Part shown: piece by piece, positions 54,000-64,000 of the stretch | Layout of the letters: each line of letters begins with the position of its first letter | Numbering within the stretch: the first letter of the stretch is position 1 | Position numbers and translations under genes: made by a program | The notes under the pieces: generated by a model | Databases searched by the model: none | The model's input: the letters and a program-made list of their open reading frames with translations, nothing else | Told to the model about the DNA's origin: nothing | Source: Eledone cirrhosa | Lineage: Eukaryota | Length of the DNA: 64,000 nucleotides | Assembly: GCA_964016885.1 (NCBI GenBank) | Contig: OZ024742.1 | Coordinates: 112,840,001 to 112,904,000 of the forward strand | Direction of reading: 5' to 3'

Positions 54000-54519
54000 T
54001 TCTCCCTATAGCTAGAGACTTAGGTCGTAGAACTTGCTTTACTTTTTTTCTTTACACTTATTCGCTTTTCATCACTCTCTGTATTTTTTCTTTTATATAT
54101 ATATTTTTACCCCCCATTGTTCTACCTACCGTTCCGACTTCCTCCCCATCCCCCTCGCCAGTATCTTCTTTGACCTCATGCCCAGCTGTATCTGGCACTA
54201 CCAACGCATGATTGGGTCTACTCCACCCTCCCCTTTTTCTCCTAATGGCAGGTTTAGCCACCATCTCCCCTACTAATTTGCAATCACAGAATTACTACTG
54301 ACTTTTGACAATCACTTTGACCATATATGGAATTACCCCTTGAGAAGCTCGGCTATTTAAATACCAGGATAAATTTTCATTTAGTCCAGAATTAGCCGTC
54401 GAAACGGCTTGAGCTCAGCCGTCGGGGTCTTACTGGTTCCTATTACCCACTCTACTACACTAAATATTGTGTACTTTGGTGCGTTATGGTCCACCTGGTT
54501 CCTTACCACATTTCCTTCG

Positions 54520-54521
<2 letters not shown>
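54000..54521 (+). mobile_element. Probable Penelope-like pseudo-LTR, inverted relative to the adjacent RT fragment
   Basis: Pyrimidine-rich segment with a hammerhead, ending in a tail shared with 41650-41764 and then (TA)n. Confidence 0.7.
54335..54428 (+). ncRNA. Type I hammerhead ribozyme, U3-A8 core variant
   Basis: acccc-TTGAGAA-(cggcta...tagccg stem II)-GAAAC-ggc ttgagctca gcc-GTC-ggggt. Confidence 0.72.
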
Positions 54522-54554
<33 letters not shown>

Positions 54555-55888
54555 CAGAGGTATCCACTGTAAGTTGTAGGGTCTAGTAACTAACCTGACA
54601 TAGATCGATAACGAAGTATGGTTACGATGTATTATCATCACCTTGGAACGATCGTAAAGCAGTGATGTATATTTCTAATGACTTGAATTTTTATTTCATT
54701 GTTTTAACTTATATATATATATAACTCTCAGTATATATGTATTTATCTATCTATCGATATATCTATCTCTATATATATACACATATATAGATACATATAT
54801 ATATATATATATATACAATTCTTCACACTATTCTACATTGAAATATCTGCAACATACCATCAAATAAATTACAAATTTACCAAATTAATAGAATCTGAAT
54901 TTAAATACTTCTATCATACTGTTTTTTAGAGGATGATCTTCGTCTTGTAAAATTACCCGTCAATATCTGGTATGTCTCGAGTTGTGACTACCAGATATGT
55001 TACCACAATTTAATATGTAGACCTCTATATAACCATATCAATGAAATATACATTTGCAGCCCTATTTAACCGAAATATTGAGACTGAATTGAAGATTGAT
55101 ACTAGAGGTCACTAAACAATGATTTTAATCCACACAGTATGGCCATTCCCATAAACCTCCACCCATACGTACATATTAATACATACATTGTAACCTACTC
55201 TCTTCCTGTCTATCATCGCCTCTTTCTTTGTCTGTCTAATATAGTATTTTTACAGTTCTATGTTTCTTTCTTCACCAACCACAGCTTTTTTTTCTCGTCA
55301 CATAGCACATTTAATACGTCCCCAGAGTGGTAAATCACACCTCTTCATCCGAGACTTACCTCCGTTAACTTTAATTTCAATATCTTCATAAATTCATTTC
55401 ACCAATTTCTGAGTAAATTATCTTTGGATTTAAATCTAAAAAAAACGTTTGTACATTATATATAGCCATGTCTATCAACTAATAACTATACCCTCATTGT
55501 ATGCTACTGTAGCAGTTGTTCCAGTAAGTGAACTGCATACACATTGAATTATAATCTAACGAATGCGTATCACATACATATGTGCAATAAATGCAATCCC
55601 GAGAGGAACAGAGATGAAAGAGAGTGTGAAAACGCTGCTCTTTGAATTGAATTTAAAAGCATCTCACTTGCTTCTGAATCAATTAATACAACCAAGATTA
55701 ACTGACGTTCCTAAAAATAAAAAAAATTAAAACATTTACCCAATACCTCACAAATACACATGCAGTTAAGTATAATTCTGTGGATTCATGAAATTGCATA
55801 AGATGATGAATTTATACTCGCGCAGAAAGGGAGAAAAATACAAACAAGCGTACACAAACACAGACACGTGCACGAAGGCACGCACATA

Positions 55889-55946
<58 letters not shown>

Positions 55947-55958
55947 TATATGTATATA

Positions 55959-55999
<41 letters not shown>

Positions 56000-56164
56000 T
56001 TGTAATATAATGAAACGAAATGTCATTTCTCACTCTTAGTACGGCACTTGCTTAATTTACTGGCCGACTGAACTCACTCGATATGCAAATTAGGCTGCTC
56101 AGCCGTTGATATTCATAAGGAAAGTATATACTTTCGAACGTTCAACTATCTGGCAGAAGGGTAT

Positions 56165-56207
56165 ACGGTGCTGATGATAGCTAACAAGCTTGAAACTAGT
56201 ACATCGT
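56165..56207 (+). ncRNA. Minimal type I hammerhead ribozyme in a (TA)n-flanked insert (about 55997-56335)
   Basis: acggtg-CTGATGA-t agct aaca agct t-GAAAC-ta-GTA-catcgt. Stem I extends via ctggca.aggg / tcctgtgtcag. Confidence 0.82.
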
Positions 56208-56354
56208 TCCTGTGTCAGTGTTGAACAAAAAGGTGACGTGGTTGCCTTAACACCGTATGGCATAAATCAGGCTGTTCGCTTGTTTACAAACGGACAAAGC
56301 GGGCGTTATAATAAACGTTCGCTAAAGTGATACGTGCATATATATGTGTAGCTG

Positions 56355-56390
<36 letters not shown>

Positions 56391-56441
56391 TGCTACTGTA
56401 CGGTCTGTATACATATATGTATGTACGTATACATACATACT

Positions 56442-56522
<81 letters not shown>

Positions 56523-57208
56523 TATATATGCTACTTTGACGTTAAACTCCGCCAGTTGCAGACTGAACATATGTTGTCCGATTGTGTGATACCGGGAAAT
56601 GGCAGATTTTGCACTTGCCGTGTGGCTCTGTCGGGGGTAGAGACAGTGTTTCCGTTGTTGATGTCACCGATGCTGCTTCGTGTGTTCGTAGTTTTGACAC
56701 GTCTGCGGCTTCAGATGGTTTAGCAGCTCCAGTCGTGGGACAAGGCTCTGGAAATAGAGGAAGGTATTGGTTAGTTTTGAGCAGAAGTTATTTAGGTGTA
56801 TTTTTATCTCCACACCCATAATACCTCGAAGGTCACGTGTAGCTAGCTTCCGTTGTCCATGTGCATTACTTCACAGACCGTCTCTCTATGCTCATGGTTA
56901 GATTGAATTATAAGATCTCACTCCGATCCTGTCCAGTTCACCTGACACTCGCAACTTGACAAAGTTTTGGCCTCAGAGTGTCGGCAATATGGTGTGCTCT
57001 TCGCATCGGAGTGACGTGATCGAGTGTGCTTTGCCTTCTTCAACTATAACGACGAGTACATTCACAGTGTCATACTTTGTCTCCCTTGGTTATATCAGTT
57101 TTTTCGTGCCCAAACGACCACCATAGCCCTTTGGACATGTAACTGGTTTCCCGTTCCACCCCGCACGATCTGTGTCCAATTGTATGGTACGAGAACATAC
57201 ACTGGGTA

Positions 57209-57265
57209 AAGAAGAAGAAGAAGAAGAAGAAGAAGAAGAAGAAGAAGAAGAAGAAGAAGAAGAAG

Positions 57266-57295
<30 letters not shown>
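57209..57295. repeat. (GAA)n microsatellite, possibly a retroelement tail
   Basis: Perfect GAA run after a GC-richer segment. Confidence 0.95.
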
Positions 57296-57296
<1 letters not shown>

Positions 57297-57991
57297 CTCC
57301 AATAACATTTCTTAAGCGAAGGCGAATAAATGATTATTTTCGTCATGTTTAGCTTTATCAGATAAAGTAGTATTTCATATTATTCCCATCAAAAACATTG
57401 TTATCACCTTCCCCAACTTTCTCCTCCTCCTCCTCCTCCTCATCATCATAACATTTGATTACGCTTAAATCATCCTTATTATTATAATCATCATACCCCA
57501 CAACGTCGATGCTATCATTCTCTGTATTTATTATTTAGCCATCAACATAACAAACAACGAATTCATCAGCTACATCAACACAATAATCGCTATTAAATTA
57601 ATCATCGACATCCTTATTAATGTCCCCATCATCATTAACAAAATCATCATCATTTTAATAATTTGCATCATCCAAATTGTCATCATGACCATACATATCA
57701 GACTTCTCATATGACAATCATATTCCTCAACAATCGGTCGAGATACTTAATTATTATAAACGTAATTAAAATTAATGTTTCCCTGACAATCCACGTTGCT
57801 GACATTACCATTCAAACATTACAACACTAAGCCAGTTCTTCACTTACGTACCCAACACCATATATCATGAAACATGAGCCAATTGCAGTGCATTACCTAT
57901 AATGTCTCCCTCAAAGCTACATACATTTAGCGGCAACAACTTTCTGATAGACAAATTATAACGCATTGATTGCAGAAAACAGAAACAGCAC

Positions 57992-58107
<116 letters not shown>

Positions 58108-58531
58108 ATATATATATATATTTCCTTGTGCTTTTTACTTTTACTTATACCTATTACATTTCCAACCACTGGTACCTGTAATTGTGTTATTTCAAGCGGA
58201 ACGTCTTTTTAATTCCTGACTCTCCACATGATGCATTTGAAACTAATAACAATTATGTACCCTAAATGTTCTAGATGACTAGGATTCCAGTTACATGTTT
58301 TCGACATTCCTTATGCTCCGATGAACCCAGACTTCCCTCTGGAAGAAACAATTGTCAGCTAATGAATGTTCTAAACTTAAATGTGATTGTTTTAACACTT
58401 TGTATCTCGGCCCTGTAAAACATTTGAACATTTGCATTGAGCTATTTGTCATACCGGTAACCAGCTAGTACTTAGTACTACCCTAGATATTTATAGTTAT
58501 ATCAAACATATATAAATATAAATATAAATAA

Positions 58532-58600
<69 letters not shown>

Positions 58601-58649
58601 TTATCAAGAAAACGAAAAAAACAGTGATGCATCTAGACTTAGATTATTT

Positions 58650-58740
58650 CGTGTTACAAATGTTTCGCCGGCATGTGGCTCGTGTCATGGTCCTTGTATG
58701 GATCTGGCTGACACTACCTCTGCGGGTTCCTTCAGACACG
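58650..58740 (-). ncRNA. Hammerhead-like motif (A9 to G, long irregular stem II)
   Basis: Minus strand: cgtgt-CTGAAGG-(62 nt)-GAAAC-attt-GTA-acacg, close to a (TA)n tract. Confidence 0.55.
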
Positions 58741-59273
58741 GGTGTTATGTCCGGAGCAAATTTTATCACTGGGGTCTTGTCATCAAAACAACACCCTCAA
58801 CAAACCCTCTATCCCCTCTTGTCATGCCATTGGCTGTTTTTACTCAACTTCATCGCAAGTTCTGGTCAGTATCTGCTGCCACACGGTTCATCAACCATTT
58901 TCCGTCCGATACATTTCAATGGAGTCATGCTGGGTTCAGTAATTCACACGTCTGCTCACACTTCGGGGTAAGCACCCATACATACTAGAATAAACACACA
59001 CATTCAGACACATACCTGTCTATGCATTCACACTCATACATCTACATGCGCAGACACCCACACGGCCACATACATACATCGCAGTATATATACTCACACA
59101 CCCTCTCTCCCTCACTCCCATAAACCCTGTCACACTCACTTGTTGATACATGTCGCCACGAGCCTTCTGACTATTCTGTATCAATTGGGTAAGCATGCCC
59201 TATTCAAACTTACACATATATACATACACATGCGCACACACACACATATACAGCCAACCTTCTATACATTTAA

Positions 59274-59304
<31 letters not shown>

Positions 59305-59514
59305 TATACACACGCTCATACATACGCATATATACATACACACATACAATCACATACATACATATATACACACCTGTTTATACACACATATATATGCACA
59401 AACGTAAACTCACTTATGTCCACACACACATACGAGTACATACGTACATAAACATTGCCTACACACGTACCAACACACACACACACACATCCATACACAC
59501 ATACACACACACAG

Positions 59515-59583
<69 letters not shown>

Positions 59584-59661
59584 GTTAATTAACCAAGTAC
59601 GTTCATTCTTTCGCAATCTCAGGATCATTTTCAGTGGTGACAGTCAATTTGGCAATTTTCA

Positions 59662-59747
59662 AGAGACAAGAAGGCGGCCAAACATTTAGCAGTGTTTAAT
59701 TCGACTGGACAAGAAACTGCTAAATGTTTGGCCGCCTTCTTGTCTCT
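59662..59747. repeat. Perfect 32-bp inverted repeat with 22-nt spacer
   Basis: agagacaagaaggcggccaaacatttagcagt / actgctaaatgtttggccgccttcttgtctct. Confidence 0.93.
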
Positions 59748-59801
59748 CTGCCTTTTCGGCCCCATGGATTGTGTCTATTATACTCCTTTGTTAAATTTAG
59801 A

Positions 59802-59859
59802 ATACCTGATGATGTCACCGGATTCATACTGAACCCGGTCATTGAAATGTTCATAGTAT
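59802..59859 (+). ncRNA. Minimal type I hammerhead ribozyme
   Basis: atac-CTGATGA-tgtc accgg attca tac tgaac ccggt catt-GAAA-tgttc-ATA-gtat. Confidence 0.78.
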
Positions 59860-60275
59860 AGTAAACCTTTAAGGAATTACACCAGTCCAGCTTCCTGTTA
59901 TTTTATAATTTATATATATATATATATCTTAAATACTCGCACAAGCATCCACATACAAAGGCACTAACACATACATATACGCACACGCATATATATGTGC
60001 ACATATATTTATATATAAGCAAACGTAATACAGTAATATAGAAAGAAAGGATGAAAATCGATCCATTAGAACTATATGTTAATATATATATATAAGTTTA
60101 TCTGCTTAGATAAGTGCACCGAGATCAGTGAGAATATGTACAACGTGGAAGCTATTTTCCATTTACTGGCTCCCTGAATAATTAAAAAGCAAAAAAAACC
60201 AACTGACTTTATGCTCCTACAGTAATTATCTTAATTATTTGGAAGGTAATATGAGGCTGATTTATTTCCCGCAAA

Positions 60276-60400
60276 GGCGTGTAGCTGAATGGTTAGAGAA
60301 TTGGATTTGCAATCGTGAGGTTGTGAGTTCGATTCCCGGACCGGGTGATGCGTTATGTCCTTGAGCAAGACACTTTAATTTCACGTTGCTCCTTCTACCT
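60276..60400 (+). mobile_element. tRNA-derived SINE with CORE-like central domain
   Basis: A box TAGCTGAATGGTTAG, B box GAGTTCGATTCCC, then TGTCCTTGAGCAAGACACTTTA (CORE-like). The 3' boundary is uncertain. Confidence 0.8.
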
Positions 60401-62250
60401 GGAGTGGAGACCGATAGATGCCATTATCAATTGGAAAGACCAACGGAAACATTGTTTCCTCGGTCCGATTTGACGAAAGTCGATCGTTCCAAAAAAAAAA
60501 AAAGAACAGCCTACAGCGTGATCTATGAAACACCATCATTAAAGCAGCAACAATATCAACGTTTCCTACAATTCTCAGAGACATCTATGATTATCGTGAT
60601 TTTTACAAACACTAATATTTATGGTTATATACTTTTTTCATACATATCAAAATATTTAATCTCTGGAGCAATTGCATCATGGTAGACATATTTTAGCTGC
60701 AAAGAAACCTCGTAGCATATTTTAGCTGCAAAGGAACCTGGCTTATATTATCTTCAGCCAAATCATCCAGGCTTAAGCTTCAAGTTATTGTCAATATTCG
60801 ATTGAAAAAAATCGCTCTATATTTCCATACACATGTTATAATATGCTATAGATAATTACATATTGATGTAGATGTACTCTGTAAAATTATAGATGATTCG
60901 TTACAGCATACATTCTCTCCATTTGTCAATAATATTTGAGATACAAGTGATACATAATTACTTACAAGACAACAGATAACACTGCAAAATCATATCCCGA
61001 ATAAATCCGAATAAAAAATGTCCCGAGAACATTTTCAAGAATGCATTTACACAGTACGTTATCAATAAAACTTTAGTATTAAATACATGTACTGTCTACT
61101 TTTAGAAAACATCTAATTCTAGATAAAGATAAATAGTATACTATCTCATCTCTCTTTCAATTTTTTCCGTTGTATAAGTAGTTTCCTAAAACAACTTTCA
61201 AACATTTCCCCTTGCTATTATCAAAATGTACACGCACCAAACATTTCCTTAAAAATAATAACAAAATTCAAACTTTTCTTCAAGTATTCGTACAAATATT
61301 TTAACAATTTTCCCAAATATTTCCCTAAAATATTTCCTAAATATTCCACCAAATTTCACTGCACAAACAAAAAAAATACATCCTTAAAATATTGTCGAAT
61401 AATCTCATCTGAATTATTTATCAAATACAACTTCCAATATTTCATGACATGTGTTAAAATATATTCACCTAACATATCAACTATTTTTTCTTTATCAGAG
61501 TTTTATAAATACCTCTCATTACGTTACATTTAATTTACAACAAAAATTAAACAAAAGTAGTAAAACAATTTCTGAAACTATTTCCCACATATTTCAGGAT
61601 AAATTTGACCGAAATTAAAAAGAAAACATTCCTCAAAATTTCATAAAACCTTTTCGCTAACATATTATGATACTTTCGTATGAACTATGTTCCTAAAATT
61701 CACGCAATATATACTACAAAATTTCTATTTTCCATATAATTTTCACATAAAATTGTCTGAAACACTTTCCGGAACATTACCTCAACATTTTTCACCATTT
61801 CGAAGGAAATATTTCAACAAAAGCTTTCAAAATATTTACAGAAATATTCCAATAAAATATTTCCACAATACCCATTCAATAAAAAAGATGTCAATTTATT
61901 TTATTCTCAACTTTCTTCAAGCGGGTAGTCGCATGGTTGAGAGCTGAGGGGCTAGAAATTATCAATGAAGTTTAACACTAATAGATAATGATATAGACAG
62001 CAGGGTACATTAGTTTTCAATCATGATTTTAAAGTTATGTCAAAACGAGTGTTAGAATTACTGTGACAAGCTTAACGTGCAAGTTTGGTTTTATGATACC
62101 AATTTAATAATATAATATTCGGATTAGTTGTTTACTAAAAGTAAAAAAATATGGTTCCGGTTAGAAGGTTATGAATGTAAATGTATTCAATAACATTTAC
62201 CGTTCTATTTCCATTAATACTTCGTAAAATATGGTTTTGTTTTAGTATAA

Positions 62251-62281
<31 letters not shown>

Positions 62282-62920
62282 CTAAGGCGGGTAAAATTCC
62301 CGAGATCCATGGACGAGTTCTCTCCAGCGGTCTCTGTCCCTCATTATCGCTGCCATATCCTGCATCTCCAACAGACCAGTGTCTGTCCTTAGGGCATCAA
62401 CATATGTTAACCTTGGTCTTCCTCTTCTAGTGTGTCCATGTAGGGGCTCCCAAAGGAGCACTGAGTGCAATGTCAACTCTGGATGTCGGTGATCACTAAT
62501 GTAGGCGGGGATCACTAATGTAGGCGGGAAGCCGCTGGAATTGGTTGAGGACTTCCTGTATTTGGGAGCAAAGATTGGGAATACGGAAGATGATGTGGTT
62601 GAGAGGAAGAGCAAGGCCTGGGCGGCGTGTCACAGCTTGAGATCGGTGTGGAAGTGGGACCTTCGTAGAGACCTGAAAATCCGCCTCTTCATTGCTGTAG
62701 AGGAGTCTGTGCTGCTGTATGGGTCTGAGACTTGGACACTGACCAAGAGACTCACTCAGATGGTGGATGGGTGCTACACGAGAATGCTGAGGATGGCTCT
62801 GAACATTAATCAGTATACACTGAGGATGAAAAACTCAGAGCTGTATGGGAGCATCCCAAAAGTCAGCTCAAAAGTGACACAGAGGAGACTGAGGTTGGCT
62901 GGACATGCTCACCGACATCC
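62282..62920. mobile_element. RTE-clade LINE 3' fragment with internal inversion
   Basis: The + strand 62520-62920 encodes VEDFLYLG...ESVLLYGSETWTL...MLRMALN...RRLRLAGH. The - strand 62282-62492 encodes the continuation HPEL..HSVLLWEP.HG...RGRPRLTYVD.L..DTG...RDRDRW. (TA)n on both sides. Confidence 0.9.
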
Positions 62921-62978
<58 letters not shown>

Positions 62979-62986
62979 ATATATAG

Positions 62987-63600
62987 AATATCGAATAAGG
63001 AAAAGCGAAGTACTTTCAGATGTTCAAGTCCTATAATAAGAATGTTGTGATATATATTTCAATGACGATACTGGCCACACTGTTCTGTGTGCGAGTGTCG
63101 TGTCATCATCAGACAGCTTGTTACATAATAAGGTTGTTTCCGAGGCAATCCAAATTGAATCGACATGGGAACGGATTAAGTTCGTGCCTTTGGGTTTTTC
63201 ATCCGTTCCCTTGTGAGTACCAATTCACCCCCACCGGTCTGCGCAAGCGCATGTCCGAAGGGAGTTGATCATTAGCACCGCAGATTTCAACGAAATTCGC
63301 TGCCCACCTATGCCCTGCCAAAGTTTACTGCTACCCATCAGTACTGTGGCAGACAGCCGAAAGCCAGAGGGGATGGGAGGGTGTTCATTTTTATAGGTCA
63401 TAATACTACCTTTCACTAAGCGTTGACAGTAAGACTGACCATCAACTCATAAGTGAAAATAAACTTAATTCTAGGTACTATGGTTTTACATTGTAAGTTA
63501 AGAGTGAGAGTCGGAAATAAAAATTAAAAATAAAAGTTAAAATCCTAAATCAAATATCAGAGATTATAAATTAAACAATTAAAAATAAAAAAATTCCAAA
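62987..63600 (-). mobile_element. Single (non-palindromic) copy of the 51.6-52.7 kb pseudo-LTR family, with hammerhead at 63044-63117
   Basis: Reverse complement of about 52050-52652, and it starts next to (TA)n. The right boundary is approximate. Confidence 0.87.
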
Positions 63601-64000
63601 TTCAAAAATTTTTTGTTTGCAAGTGATAACTCGGATTGAGTAAAAATATAGATTGAAGCGAGAAATAATATGGAGAGAGATGTTTAAGTAATAAGTTCTG
63701 GGAGGCATTCTAGTGTTACAGTTACTCTAGCCACATATTGAACGACAGCGCCGTACATTATAACGGAGGGCAAACCACATGGTTCAAGGCATTAGTCAAT
63801 CTGTTACACGGTCATAATTTGCATCACATGGAACATAATCAAAGAAAAACAGACATAAAGTACACAAAAGAAAAGAAAAGAACAGAACCAATAGTGAATA
63901 AATGCAAAAACACAGAGTACATATATGTAAAATGATCCATATGATTGTCCATCTGTCCATGTATAGATTGAATTGAGGGGGCTTCTGTTCAAATGCGATT

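Noticed and set aside
60276-60350. tRNA gene
   Set aside because: It has A and B boxes but no proper acceptor stem and runs into a CORE-like SINE body, so it was called a SINE.
60960-61900. Degenerate AAATATTTCC-like periodicity, with a complementary-biased block at 39200-39650
   Set aside because: No consistent unit length or alignable repeat could be established, so it was treated as low-complexity DNA.

Overview
AT-rich, repeat-dominated eukaryotic DNA with no recognisable host gene. It is probably an invertebrate, and a cephalopod/mollusc origin is only an inference from the (TA)n density, the tRNA/CORE-type SINE and the element families. The window has two regimes. (1) 1-20.5 kb is an almost continuous nest of non-LTR retrotransposons joined at (AAT)n/(ATT)n microsatellites: two Dong/R4-like families (RT plus C-terminal restriction-like endonuclease) that always read into (AAT)n, and a Tx1-like L1-clade family (APE endonuclease) that always reads into (ATT)n. 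The polarity of the whole array flips at about 15.8 kb. (2) 24-64 kb is AT-rich DNA with (TA)n tracts carrying many short inserts, mostly fold-back palindromes, with about 15 type I hammerhead ribozyme motifs from several families, two of them physically linked to Penelope-like RT fragments. Also present are a second, degenerate full-length Tx1-like element in (TATC)n, RTE fragments (one with a twin-priming-type inversion), a decayed DDE DNA transposon and a SINE. All coding sequences seen are transposon-derived and disrupted. All alignments and foldings were done by eye, so boundaries are approximate where stated.
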